From the NCBI GenBank assembly GCA_965202685.1, contig OZ241853.1:1176262-1240261 (forward strand): 64,000 nt of DNA, given 5' to 3'. The notes beneath the pieces are model-generated. The model searched no databases, was not told where the DNA came from, and was given only the letters and a program-made list of their open reading frames with translations. This document shows, piece after piece, positions 54,907-64,000 of this stretch (the stretch's first letter is position 1; every line of letters begins with the position of its first letter). Source of the DNA: Gammaproteobacteria bacterium (GTDB lineage Bacteria; Pseudomonadota; Gammaproteobacteria; Eutrophobiales; Eutrophobiaceae). The position numbers and the translations under genes are program-made.

Positions 54907-56889
54907 GTGTGGTTTTCCGCCATGACAGCAATAACAAATCGCATTGGAGAACGGATCCGGTTCCATCGCTTAGCCTTGATTACCTGCGCCCTGTTCCTCC
55001 TCGCGGGCCTCGCCCTCGTCGATGACTACGGCGTCTCGTGGGATACGAAAGCCCAGCGTCTTGTCGCCATCAACACCTTCAACTATGTCCTGCATGGGGA
55101 TCCAGCCCTGTTGCGAACCCATGACCGCTTCTACGGCGCCGCTTTCGAGGCGCCCCTGTTGCTGTTGACGGAACGAATCCTGGGGCTGGAAGACCCGCGC
55201 CATGTCCACTTGGCCCGCCATGTCTTGACCCACCTGTTTTTTCTAATCGGCGGGTTCTGTTGCTATCTGTTGGCGCGGCGCCTGTCCGGCGACCGGCTGA
55301 CCGCGCTGTTGGTCATGGCGCTGTTCCTGCTGTCTCCGCGCCTGTACGCCCATTCCTTCTTCAACAACAAGGATCTAGTGTTCGCCAGCGCCTTCGTGAT
55401 GGCCTTGCTCGTTGTGAGCCGCGCCTTTGACAAGGATTCGGTGGGGGCCTATCGATGGTGCGGAGCGGCGGCGGGGCTTCTCGTCAACCTGCGCATCATG
55501 GGCATGGTTCTGTTCGCCGTCGTGTTGCTCTTTCGGGCCTGGGCCTGGTTCCGGGCCGGGGATGGCGTAGCGCGGCGGCGAGTTGTGGCAACCACTGGGG
55601 CTTTTGCCCTGTGGGGGGTCATTGTCTTGTACATCAGCCTGCCCTATCTATGGGAAGACCCCGTAGGGCGGTTTTCAGAATATTGGACAGTGTTGTCCGA
55701 CCCTCCTTTCAACAGGCACCGCATATTGTTCCAGGGTCAGGCATTTTGGGCGTTTTCCGGCGCGGCGTTGCCTTGGGATTATATGTTGCACTGGTTCGCC
55801 ATCAGCCAGCCGCCGGTGACCTTGTTGTTGGGTCTGTTGGGCCTAGTGGCCCTGGGCTTTGCCGCTGGGGGCGTCGTCAGACGCGGCGCAGGCGCCGGGC
55901 CGGGACGCGGTTTGGGCGCCGCCGAGTTGCGCTTTGGCATCCTGCTCGCAACCTGCTTCGTGTTGCCCCTGCTCGCCTTTGCGCTGTTGCGGCATAACAC
56001 CATCAATGGCTGGCGGCAATTTTATTTCCTGCACGGGCCGTTTTGCCTGCTGGCGACCTTCGCCCTGGCGTGGTTGCGCGGGTTGTCTGTCCGGGGGTTG
56101 CGAAAAGAATGGGTGGGCGGCGCGGCGTGCGCGCTGACGGCGGCGGGACTGGGCGCGGCGGCGTTGGAGATGGCGCAGATCCATCCTAACCAGCACCTTT
56201 ATTTCAACTTTTTAGCGGACCGGAAAACCCCGGAACGACTGCGCGAGCGCTATCGGATGGATTACTGGGACCTGATGTTTCGGCAAGGATATGAACACAT
56301 CATGCAACGAGAGCCTGCTTCCATCATTAACATGAGAGGGCACCGGAATATGCAGATCCTCCCGGCGGCGGTCCGGAGCCGGTTCACCTTCGACCCCGCT
56401 CAGGATCCGGATTTCTATTTAAGCGGAAGCGGAGAGCCCAGCTTCCTACTCAAAGATCCTTTCCCTCCCATTCTCCATCGGATCAAGCTCTATAACAACA
56501 CGATGTTGACCGTGTCCACACCGGATCTGTCTCGGGTTGACCCGGCGGTGGCGAATGAGTATCGGGCTTTGCATCGGGCGGCGACGGCGGGGGAACCGGC
56601 GGTCCGGGCGGGGGGCTTCGATGTGCACCTGCATGGCGACCGGCTGGCGTGGGTGAAGGAGGCTTGCGAGCCTGGGGAATTGTGGTTTCCGTTCCGGCTC
56701 AGACTTTATCCGGCGAACGCGGACCTTTTGCCGGACCCTCTCCTCCGGAAACAGGGCGGCTTTGCAATCAGCGCCTTTGGGGTGCGGTTTGACGGCAAGT
56801 GCCTGGGGGCGGCGCGGTTGCCGGACTTCGCCCTAACCCGGATTCGCCTAGGGCAACGGGGGATGTGGGAAACCGAAGTGCCCCTTTAG
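54907..56889 (+). CDS. Array copy 19: GT-C-like membrane glycosyltransferase paralog
   Basis: 660-aa ORF (probable start MTAITNRIGE at ~54922) with the conserved family core. Last copy before rsmA. Confidence 0.85.
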   Translation: MWFSAMTAITNRIGERIRFHRLALITCALFLLAGLALVDDYGVSWDTKAQRLVAINTFNYVLHGDPALLRTHDRFYGAAFEAPLLLLTERILGLEDPRHVHLARHVLTHLFFLIGGFCCYLLARRLSGDRLTALLVMALFLLSPRLYAHSFFNNKDLVFASAFVMALLVVSRAFDKDSVGAYRWCGAAAGLLVNLRIMGMVLFAVVLLFRAWAWFRAGDGVARRRVVATTGAFALWGVIVLYISLPYLWEDPVGRFSEYWTVLSDPPFNRHRILFQGQAFWAFSGAALPWDYMLHWFAISQPPVTLLLGLLGLVALGFAAGGVVRRGAGAGPGRGLGAAELRFGILLATCFVLPLLAFALLRHNTINGWRQFYFLHGPFCLLATFALAWLRGLSVRGLRKEWVGGAACALTAAGLGAAALEMAQIHPNQHLYFNFLADRKTPERLRERYRMDYWDLMFRQGYEHIMQREPASIINMRGHRNMQILPAAVRSRFTFDPAQDPDFYLSGSGEPSFLLKDPFPPILHRIKLYNNTMLTVSTPDLSRVDPAVANEYRALHRAATAGEPAVRAGGFDVHLHGDRLAWVKEACEPGELWFPFRLRLYPANADLLPDPLLRKQGGFAISAFGVRFDGKCLGAARLPDFALTRIRLGQRGMWETEVPL

Positions 56890-57048
56890 CTTGTTAGTTT
56901 TCCGCCAGGCGTCCTGGCGTTTCCTCGCTCGGCCAGTCATGTATTTGACATACACTCCTGCCCTCGCTCCTCACGCCAGTTGCCTGACGAAAAACTTCCG
57001 TCGCTAAAAGTGTGTGGTTTTCCGCCATGTGGCGTGGCGTTTCTTCAT

Positions 57049-57876
57049 TTATCTTGTCAGTTTTGCGTTATTCTGCCTGGTGCTTCCGCGTTCGGCCCAG
57101 GCATTGGCAAGATTGCTGTAGTCCTCAACACTTAAATCCGCCGGACGGGCCGAAGGCGGGATGTTCAGGGCCTCCAGGCACTCTGCCAAAGGCAAGGCCT
57201 TTAGGCTGTTGCCGATTTTTTTGCGCCGTTGGGAGAAGGCCGCGCGAACCAACTCAGAAAACCGTCCGTAGTCTTTGACCCGTTTGCGAGAATGGAGCGC
57301 GGCAGTCAGGCGGGTCAAAGCCGAATGAACTTTCGGCGGCGGGGAAAAGGCCGCCGGCCCCACCTCAAACAGCTTTTCCGGAGCGCATTGCGCCTGCGCC
57401 ATGACGCTGAGCCGGCCATAGCCGGGGTCGCCCGGCGCGGCGCACAGCCTGTCCACCACCTCTTTTTGCAACATGAAGACCATCTGGTGGATATGGGGGA
57501 AACGCAACAGGTGGAACAGCAAGGGGGTGGATATATTGTAAGGCAGGTTGCCCACCAGCTTGAGCCGGCGCTCCGGGAAGGTCGTGGCGAAATCCAGTCG
57601 CAGGGCGTCTTGGCGCAACACTTTGAGCTTCCCCTGGCCACGGCATTTTTCCTCGAGGCGGGCGGCCAGGTCCCAGTCTATCTCAACCACATCCAGCTGT
57701 CCGACCCGGGCCAGCAACGGCAAGGTCAGCGCGCCTTTGCCAGGGCCGATCTCCACGATCCGTTCGTCCGGGCGCGGGTCTATGGCCTGCGCAACTCGCT
57801 CCACCACCGAGTCGTCGATGAGAAAACGCTGGCCGAAGCGTTTGCGCGGGCGCGGCAAGCTAGCTCTTCTCGCCAA
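57049..57876 (-). CDS. rsmA: 16S rRNA (adenine1518-N6/adenine1519-N6)-dimethyltransferase RsmA/KsgA
   Basis: N-terminus RKRFGQRFLIDDSVVERV and the SAM-binding region EIGPGKGALT. Position next to pdxA-surA-lptD matches conserved proteobacterial synteny. Confidence 0.95.
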   Translation of the reverse strand: MARRASLPRPRKRFGQRFLIDDSVVERVAQAIDPRPDERIVEIGPGKGALTLPLLARVGQLDVVEIDWDLAARLEEKCRGQGKLKVLRQDALRLDFATTFPERRLKLVGNLPYNISTPLLFHLLRFPHIHQMVFMLQKEVVDRLCAAPGDPGYGRLSVMAQAQCAPEKLFEVGPAAFSPPPKVHSALTRLTAALHSRKRVKDYGRFSELVRAAFSQRRKKIGNSLKALPLAECLEALNIPPSARPADLSVEDYSNLANAWAERGSTRQNNAKLTR

Positions 57877-58891
57877 GCTGGGACGCGCGCCGCCGCGCCC
57901 CCAAGGCTAGGGCGCAACGCAACGCGGCCTCCATGGAAGAGGTCTCCGCCCGACCCGTTCCCGCCAGGTCGAAGGCGGTGCCGTGGTCCACCGAGGTCCT
58001 GATGATGGGCAGGCCCAGGGTGATGTTCACGGTCTTGCCAAAGCCCTGGGACTTCAGGGCCGGCAACCCCTGGTCGTGGAACATGGCGACAACCGCATCC
58101 ACCTCCCGCAGGGAAGCCGGGGTGAACGCGGTGTCGGCGGGCGCGGGGCCTAGCAATGTCAGCCCCTGCTCCCTCAGGGCTTCCAGAGTCGGAATCATGG
58201 CGTCGATTTCCTCCCGGCCCAGGAGGCCCTGTTCCCCGGCGTGGGGGTTGAGGCCGCAAACTCGGAGCCGCGGTTTGGCTATTCCGAATTTCGCCTTTAG
58301 GTCGCCATGAACGACGGTGATGACATCTCGCAGGCGGCGCCGGGTGACCCGTTCCGGCACCTGGGCCAGGGGCAGATGGGTGGTAAGCAGGGCCACTCGC
58401 GCAAAATCGTTCATCAGCATCATCACCGGCAACGCGCTGTCGCAGAGCGCGGCGATGTATTCGGTGTGGCCGGTGAAAACGAACCCGCCCTCCGCGATGA
58501 CCGCCTTGCTTACAGGCGCGGTGGCCATGGCGGCGAAGGCGCCCGTCAGGCACCCCCGGACAGCGGTTTCGATGGCCTCTAACACCCGGCCCGCGTTGCG
58601 GGGATCCGGGCGCCCCGGCGCGACGCCGCGCTTTAGGGGTTGCGGCAAACAACAGAGCCGCCCCGGCCGCTGGGGTTCGCCAACGCGGTCGGGGTGGTAT
58701 TCTGTCAGTTCGAGGGGAACGCCAAGCCGCTGGGCCCGGCTCTCCAATAGGTCCGGATCGGCTATGACCACCAATTGCGCCTCCAGAGCGCGCTGGGCCG
58801 CCCCGATTACGATGTCGGGGCCGATGCCCGCCGGCTCGCCGACGGTCAGCGCCAGCCTGGGCAGAGAGAGCGCAACTTCACTCACAGCCAT
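57860..58891 (-). CDS. pdxA: 4-hydroxythreonine-4-phosphate dehydrogenase PdxA
   Basis: LALTVGEPAGIGPDIV N-terminus and the conserved TEY/HGTA blocks. 17-bp overlap with rsmA. Confidence 0.95.
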   Translation of the reverse strand: MAVSEVALSLPRLALTVGEPAGIGPDIVIGAAQRALEAQLVVIADPDLLESRAQRLGVPLELTEYHPDRVGEPQRPGRLCCLPQPLKRGVAPGRPDPRNAGRVLEAIETAVRGCLTGAFAAMATAPVSKAVIAEGGFVFTGHTEYIAALCDSALPVMMLMNDFARVALLTTHLPLAQVPERVTRRRLRDVITVVHGDLKAKFGIAKPRLRVCGLNPHAGEQGLLGREEIDAMIPTLEALREQGLTLLGPAPADTAFTPASLREVDAVVAMFHDQGLPALKSQGFGKTVNITLGLPIIRTSVDHGTAFDLAGTGRAETSSMEAALRCALALGARRRASQLGEKS

Positions 58892-58906
58892 GGGCGACGC
58901 GGGGGG

Positions 58907-60202
58907 TCAGAGGGACTTCAAGGCCCCCAGGCGGTACTCGACGTAGGCTTCGTCCCGCAACTGGCGCAACCAGTCGCCCCGCGCCTCCTCCAGCTTGCGC
59001 CGGCGAATAGCCTCCCGCGCCCGCGCCCGCCTGACATCCTCGGTGCTGTCGTGTTCCCGACGCTCCAACACCTGGAGGATGTGAAAACCGAACTGGGAGC
59101 GGAACGGCGCGCTGGTCTGGCCGGGTTCCAGGACATTCATCACCTGCTCGAACTCCGGCACCAGGTCGCCGGGGCTGACCCAGCCCAGATCGCCGCCCTG
59201 GGCCGCCGACATGGTGTCATTGGAATTGCCTTTGGCCAGCTCGGCAAAGTCGTCGCCGCCATCTATGCGGGTCTTCAGTTGCTCCAGGCGGCGGTAGGCG
59301 TCTTCGTTAGTGACCAGCTCGTTAGGCCGAATCAGGATGTGCCGGGCCCGAGTCTGGGTCACCACCACCTTCTCGCCACTGCGCCGCTCCGTGAGTTTGA
59401 TGATGTGGTAGCCGCTGGGACTCTTAATCAGTTCGCTGACCTCCCCCGGCTCCATGTCGGCGATGAAGTCGGCAAACAGGGTCGGCACCTGACCGGCCTT
59501 GCGCCAGCCCAAGTCGCCGCCGTTCAGGGCTTGCGAGCCATCCGAGTAGATGGCGGCAAGGCGGCTGAAATCGTCGCCGGCTTTGAGTTCCGCTAAGGCT
59601 TTTTCCGCCTTCTCCTTGATCTCAGCCAATTGCCGATACGAGGCTCCCTCAGGCGTCGCGATAAGGATGTGGGCGATGCGAAACTCCGTGTCCGTCTCCC
59701 CTCGCAGAACCTGGTTTGAGAGAAAGTTATCGATCTCCCTGTCGGTCACGCCCACCCGGTTGTCAACCTGCCGTTGTTGCAAGCGCGAAATCAGTATCTC
59801 GTCGCGTATGTCTTCCCGAAACCTCTCGTAGCTGTAGCCGTCCTCTTCCAGGATCTCCCGAAACTGGCTCAGGCTCAGTTCATTTTCCGCGGCGATCCTG
59901 CCGAGGGCGCGGTTCAGGGTCTCCTCGTCCACTCGTATGCCGGTGTTATCCGCCATCTGGGTCTGCAACTTCGTCAGGATCAGTTGGTCAAGCACCTGCT
60001 TCTCAAGAATGTCCTGGGGGGGCAGGGGGATGTTTTGCTCGCTCATCTGGTTTGTCACCGTTCTGATTTTCGCGCGCAACTCACTGCGCATGATCACATC
60101 GTCGTTGATGATGGCGACGATGCGGTCCAGTTCAACGGCGCCGACGGGCCACCCGCCGGCCAAGAAAGCCAACAACAGGCAGACAGCCAAGGGCCTTCCC
60201 AT
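58907..60202 (-). CDS. surA: Periplasmic chaperone/peptidyl-prolyl isomerase SurA
   Basis: Signal peptide, N-terminal chaperone domain and two parvulin-like domains (…ARHILI…, …HILQVLERR…). Located between pdxA and lptD. Confidence 0.9.
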   Translation of the reverse strand: MGRPLAVCLLLAFLAGGWPVGAVELDRIVAIINDDVIMRSELRAKIRTVTNQMSEQNIPLPPQDILEKQVLDQLILTKLQTQMADNTGIRVDEETLNRALGRIAAENELSLSQFREILEEDGYSYERFREDIRDEILISRLQQRQVDNRVGVTDREIDNFLSNQVLRGETDTEFRIAHILIATPEGASYRQLAEIKEKAEKALAELKAGDDFSRLAAIYSDGSQALNGGDLGWRKAGQVPTLFADFIADMEPGEVSELIKSPSGYHIIKLTERRSGEKVVVTQTRARHILIRPNELVTNEDAYRRLEQLKTRIDGGDDFAELAKGNSNDTMSAAQGGDLGWVSPGDLVPEFEQVMNVLEPGQTSAPFRSQFGFHILQVLERREHDSTEDVRRARAREAIRRRKLEEARGDWLRQLRDEAYVEYRLGALKSL

Positions 60203-60205
60203 GGA

Positions 60206-62569
60206 CTAAAATTCGCTCTCGTAGCCAGGGATGACCTGGTGGAGAAAATCCACCGTGTTTCTGCCGACGCCCGCCAAACCCTTGAGTTCCAGTTGCAGGA
60301 AAACGCCGGTGTTGAAATCGCCATCCAAATTGGTCAGATAGCGCCGGCCCACAACCCGCACGCCGAAACAGCAACTGTGGTATTCCACGCCCGCGAACAA
60401 ATCCGGCGACCGGCCTTCGGGAATGGCGTAATTCCACCGGCCCACCACGCTCCAGCTGGGGTTAAGAGGCCAGCGAAAAGACAGATCGGTCTGTTCGATG
60501 TCGGTGAGGTTGCGTCGCAACTGGCCGGACTTCGAGCGCACCGCCCGGTAGAAAAAATTGAAAACCCGGTCGTTGGCGGGCCGGTACTGGGCCCTGAGCC
60601 ACTTTTTCAGGACGGTGTTTTCCTCGGGGTCCCATTGCAACTCGCCGTTCAAGTTCCAAGGGCCGAACTCGGCGCCGGCCTCCGCCACGAGGGGGGAAAA
60701 CAGGATTGTGTTGGGCGTCCCGATGTCCTCGAGTTCGCCTTGGGCGTTCAGCCGTTGCCTGAGCACCTTCTGGTCTTCGAATGAATAGGACTGCGCGACT
60801 CGGACAAACGCCGTTTGCTGTCCCGTTTCTGAGCTGATCAGCCGGCTTGCCACGCCTATGGCGAGCCGGTTGGCATCGCCTATCCGATCCGTCCCCACAA
60901 GCCGGTTGTCCGTGAACGGCGCGTCATAATTCAGATTGAGACTGGCGCTGTCGAACACGGGCAAATGGGTTTGATCCTTGTAGGGGATGTAGAGGTAATA
61001 CAGCCGGGATTCCAGGGTGTGCAGATAAGACCCGCCGGCAAATCGGGCGTCGCGCTCCAAAAACAGGCCGCTGTCGACGCTGACGATGGGCAGGGTCCGA
61101 TCCGGGTTCTTCTCGAAGGAGCCTTGTTCGTCCAAGTCGTAGCGGGTGTAGCGCAGGCCCGCTCTAGGGATGAAAAACGCCCCGGAGGAACGCAACGGAA
61201 ACCTGACAGACGGGTACAGGTCGGCGCGCAGGCCGGTCACATTGACTCCCAGCCCCGAGTCACCGCCGCGGTCGAAATAAACGGCCTCTGAGACAAAATC
61301 CACATTCAGCCGGTTGTTGCCGGATAGCGGAGCGTATCTGAAACGGACTCGGGGCAAGGTCTTGTAGGGTCTGGAAATGGCGTCGATGCTGCGATCCACC
61401 ACTTGGTAATCCCGCAACCGCGCCAACAGGTCCCACTTGTTCCCCCGGAAGCGCAGGCTGGCGCGGCGCGGCAGGTAGCGACGACTGGAGTTGCTTAGCT
61501 GGCTGCCGAAGTCTTCCAGATATTCGCGGTCCGAGACGCGATTGTAGAGCAGGGACAAGCTCCCATTGGCTAACAGGCTTTGCTCGTGCTGGAACCTGAT
61601 GAGGCTGCGGTCGCGGCCGTTGAAATCGTCGTCGTCCGGCAGGTACTCCAGGTTCAGGGCGCCCCGACCCGAGCCAAGCAGGTAGCGGTATTCGGCCATG
61701 CCCATGACGCCGTTGTCGGCCATCACCCGCGGCGTGAAGGTGGCGTCCATGTTGGGCGCGATGTTCCAGTAGTAGGGCAAACGCAGTTCCAGCCCGTTGC
61801 CGCGGGAGACGCCGTAGCCGGGCATGAGAAAGCCCGATTTTCGTTCCCGGCTCAGCGGAAAGGTGAAGTAAGGTGCGTACAGGGCCGGGACGCCTTTGAT
61901 CTTCAGGACAATGTTTCTACCAGCGCCGCGCTCGGTCTCGTGATTAAGGGTCAGTTTGCTGGCCGAGAGCTCCCAGAAATTGCCTCCCACCCCGCCGGCG
62001 CCCGCCGTCGAACAGGTGGTGTAGTTGATGTTTTTTCCCGTAGTAAGCTTGTCGGCCTCAGCGAACAGCTCCTCGGCCCGACCCCGGCCGCGGCGCTTCA
62101 GCAGATAGTATTCGGCCTCCGTAAAGCGGCCCGTGCTGTCATCGAGTTCGACCTGGCCGGCGGCGCCGCCCAGGTACAGGGTCTCGTCCCAGTATTGCAC
62201 ATTGCCGGAGAAATCGGCGTTGTTCTCGTCCCGGTTGTAAACCACCTCGTCGGCGCGGGCCTGCCGGCGGTCCTGCGCAAACTCGACATTGCCCTGCAAG
62301 CGCGAGAGCCCCTGATCCGTCGCGCTGATGTTGTCGGCGTTGATGTAGATGTCCCCCGCCTCCAGGATGGCGTCCACCACGGGGCGGGCGAGAAGGTCGG
62401 CGTCCGCCGGGCAAAGACCGGCGCCGGGGGCGCCTTGGGCCCAGGCGTTTCCAGCGGCAAGCAGGCACAGGGCCAAGGGCCAAGCTGGCCGCCATCCATT
62501 GCCAGACAAGGGGGGTGATTCCATAGGCCTATTATCATTTAACGCTGGCGGTCTGACAAGCCGCAACAA
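60206..62569 (-). CDS. lptD: LPS-assembly outer-membrane protein LptD (OstA/Imp)
   Basis: 787 aa. Signal peptide, N-terminal OstA-like domain and a large C-terminal beta-barrel. Canonical neighbour of surA. Confidence 0.9.
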   Translation of the reverse strand: MLRLVRPPALNDNRPMESPPLSGNGWRPAWPLALCLLAAGNAWAQGAPGAGLCPADADLLARPVVDAILEAGDIYINADNISATDQGLSRLQGNVEFAQDRRQARADEVVYNRDENNADFSGNVQYWDETLYLGGAAGQVELDDSTGRFTEAEYYLLKRRGRGRAEELFAEADKLTTGKNINYTTCSTAGAGGVGGNFWELSASKLTLNHETERGAGRNIVLKIKGVPALYAPYFTFPLSRERKSGFLMPGYGVSRGNGLELRLPYYWNIAPNMDATFTPRVMADNGVMGMAEYRYLLGSGRGALNLEYLPDDDDFNGRDRSLIRFQHEQSLLANGSLSLLYNRVSDREYLEDFGSQLSNSSRRYLPRRASLRFRGNKWDLLARLRDYQVVDRSIDAISRPYKTLPRVRFRYAPLSGNNRLNVDFVSEAVYFDRGGDSGLGVNVTGLRADLYPSVRFPLRSSGAFFIPRAGLRYTRYDLDEQGSFEKNPDRTLPIVSVDSGLFLERDARFAGGSYLHTLESRLYYLYIPYKDQTHLPVFDSASLNLNYDAPFTDNRLVGTDRIGDANRLAIGVASRLISSETGQQTAFVRVAQSYSFEDQKVLRQRLNAQGELEDIGTPNTILFSPLVAEAGAEFGPWNLNGELQWDPEENTVLKKWLRAQYRPANDRVFNFFYRAVRSKSGQLRRNLTDIEQTDLSFRWPLNPSWSVVGRWNYAIPEGRSPDLFAGVEYHSCCFGVRVVGRRYLTNLDGDFNTGVFLQLELKGLAGVGRNTVDFLHQVIPGYESEF

Positions 62570-62610
62570 GCGAGGCGGCGGATCTGCTCCCGCGCGAATC
62601 CTGTATTATC

Positions 62611-63762
62611 ATGGCGGTCATGCGCATCGCGGCCATACTTGCAGGGACCCTGCTCAGCGCCGGGCTGATCTTCCTGACCCGCCCTGAGCCCCAAGCGGAT
62701 TTGCGCGAACCGCCCCCCCAGATCGTGACGACGGTGGCCGTCGAACAACGGGATGTCCGGCGCGTCGTCTGGATCGCCGGCAAACTGCAACCCTCGCGCA
62801 CGGCGGAATTGCGTTTTGAGGTGGCGGGACGGGTGCAACGGCGCTTGGTGGAACCGGGGCAGAGGGTGGCCGCGGGTCAGGCCCTGCTGGAGATTGACGA
62901 TGGCGATTATCAGGACGCCGTGACGGAAAACAGCGCCCAGCTGAGCCGGGAGATCAGCGCCATAGAGCGAGATCGCGCCCTGCTGGCACTGGAGGAAAAA
63001 GAAGCGGCCCTGTTTAAGCAGGAATTGGAGCGGTTGGCGCAACTGCAACAGGCCTCCTTGGCTTCCCGCTCCCGCTACGATGAGGCGGAGCAAAGGCTGA
63101 CGCGCCAGCAACAGGAGGCGGCCCGGTTGCGGCACAGCGTCGCCACGGCGGCGGCCCGGCGGCGGCAGAAAGAGGCGGCCCTGGCCAAGGCGCGCCGCAA
63201 CCAGGAGCGGGCCACCTTGAGGGCTCCCTTTGACGGCGTGGTGAACTCGGCGCGCCTGGAGGAGGGGGACTATGTGACCCCGGGCCAGCTTGCCGTGGTC
63301 TTGGTGCAAGCGCGGGAACTGGATGCGTATCTGGAGGCGCCCGGCGCGTTGGCGGAAAACCTGTCCCTGGGGCAAACTCTGAATCTTACAGTCGAGGGGA
63401 AACCCCTGCAGGGCGTCCTGGTGGCCTTGGCCATGGATCCGGACCCTTCCACCAACACCCATGCCCTGCGGGTGCGGGTTGACGGCGCCGGCCTGTACCC
63501 CGGCAAGATCGCCCAGGTGGCGTTGCCGGGCCGCCTGCATAGAGACGCCAAGGTGGTCCCCGCCACCGCCGCCCTGGATGAGGAAGGCGGCAGCTATGTG
63601 TTCGCCCTCCGGCGCGACAAGCTGTTCAAACAACCGGTGCGCATCATCGCCCGCCATGAAGATCTGCGCATCGTTGAAGGCGTGGAAACCGGCGCGCTGA
63701 TCGTGGCGCGCAATGTGGCGGCGTATTCCGACGGCCAGGAAGTCTCCGTCAAACAACCCTGA
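62611..63762 (+). CDS. Efflux RND transporter periplasmic adaptor subunit (HlyD/MFP family)
   Basis: N-terminal anchor, a long coiled-coil (…LSREISAIERDRALLALEEKEAALFKQELERLAQLQQ…) and beta-barrel/MP domains. Immediately followed by an RND pump gene. Confidence 0.85.
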   Translation: MAVMRIAAILAGTLLSAGLIFLTRPEPQADLREPPPQIVTTVAVEQRDVRRVVWIAGKLQPSRTAELRFEVAGRVQRRLVEPGQRVAAGQALLEIDDGDYQDAVTENSAQLSREISAIERDRALLALEEKEAALFKQELERLAQLQQASLASRSRYDEAEQRLTRQQQEAARLRHSVATAAARRRQKEAALAKARRNQERATLRAPFDGVVNSARLEEGDYVTPGQLAVVLVQARELDAYLEAPGALAENLSLGQTLNLTVEGKPLQGVLVALAMDPDPSTNTHALRVRVDGAGLYPGKIAQVALPGRLHRDAKVVPATAALDEEGGSYVFALRRDKLFKQPVRIIARHEDLRIVEGVETGALIVARNVAAYSDGQEVSVKQP

Positions 63763-63764
63763 CC

Positions 63765-64000
63765 ATGCCTGTCATCCGCTTCGCCATCAACAACCCGTTG
63801 CTGGTCAACCTCAGCTTGCTCATGGTCATGATCCTGGGCGTCATGGCGTGGCGCTCCATGCCTCAGGAGCTATTCCCGGTGGTGCAGTTGGACATGGTGC
63901 GGATAGGCACGGAATTCGAGGGCGCCGCGCCGGTGGAGGTGGAGGCCCAGGTCACCATCCCCATAGAGGATGGCTTCGAGGACACCCAGGACATAGACTA
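63765..64000 (+). CDS. Partial CDS (5' end): RND family efflux pump inner-membrane permease (AcrB-like)
   Basis: MPVIRFAINNPLLVNLSLLMVMILGVMAWRSMPQELFPVV... is a typical AcrB/CzcA N-terminus. Runs off the window edge. Confidence 0.85.
   Translation, partial: MPVIRFAINNPLLVNLSLLMVMILGVMAWRSMPQELFPVVQLDMVRIGTEFEGAAPVEVEAQVTIPIEDGFEDTQDID

Noticed and set aside
12193-56889. Dozens of 60-250-aa ORFs on the minus strand and in alternate frames inside the array genes. Examples: the recurring 61-aa MNKTRPPHRAKTPVV…, the proline/arginine-rich 70-180-aa ORFs, and 15774-16544 at 256 aa.
   Set aside because: They are antisense or overlapping the conserved sense genes and have extreme Pro/Arg/Gly composition typical of spurious open frames in high-GC DNA. 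They recur only because the sense gene is repeated.
12193-56889. A diversity-generating retroelement as the source of the variable segments.
   Set aside because: There is no reverse transcriptase ORF and no template/variable repeat pair. The variation is patchy and block-wise (gene-conversion-like), not adenine-specific point mutagenesis at a C-terminal VR.
7446-57100. A CRISPR array, suggested by regularly spaced repeats between similar-sized units.
   Set aside because: The repeats are 50-125 bp modular elements separated by 2-kb genes. There are no short unique spacers and no cas genes.

Overview
High-GC (gammaproteobacterium-like) chromosomal window. The left end (1-7.5 kb) holds a minus-strand polysaccharide-biosynthesis cluster: a partial membrane protein, a polysaccharide deacetylase-like protein, a GT1/GT4 glycosyltransferase, a Wzx-like flippase, and a 745-aa GT2 protein that is an in-frame tandem duplication of two ~1080-bp halves, each carrying a C-terminal 4-TM anchor. 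A plus-strand SAM methyltransferase follows. The right end holds conserved housekeeping synteny: rsmA(ksgA)-pdxA-surA-lptD on the minus strand, an RND adaptor on the plus strand, and the start of an RND pump. clpS-clpA lie at 9.2-11.8 kb. Between clpS and rsmA, about 45 kb is filled by a same-strand tandem array of 19 paralogous genes of about 2 kb each (650-700 aa). Each encodes an 11-TM protein with a DD motif in the first periplasmic loop and a conserved ~250-aa C-terminal soluble domain. This architecture fits GT-C (ArnT/PMT/GtrC-like) lipid-linked-sugar glycosyltransferases. The copies are mosaic, with a hypervariable first loop, a hypervariable linker and two classes of C-terminal tail. 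One copy is split by a G19 homopolymer. Six copies have their native 5' end replaced at a recurrent junction. One copy is fused without a stop codon to a neighbouring gene. The spacers are built from a ~125-bp MITE-like repeat in both orientations plus a ~120-nt hairpin element whose stem shows compensatory substitutions between copies. Two paralogous membrane-anchored periplasmic proteins of unknown function (7611-9278 and 52851-54581) and a small pseudogene fragment of the same family accompany the array. The proposed system: a duplicated polyprenyl-phosphate-sugar-synthase-like GT2 plus flippase next to a very large, recombining, possibly phase-variable family of GT-C transferases. This would be a candidate surface-glycan diversification locus. 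No CRISPR arrays, no DGR and no transposase or integrase genes were seen.
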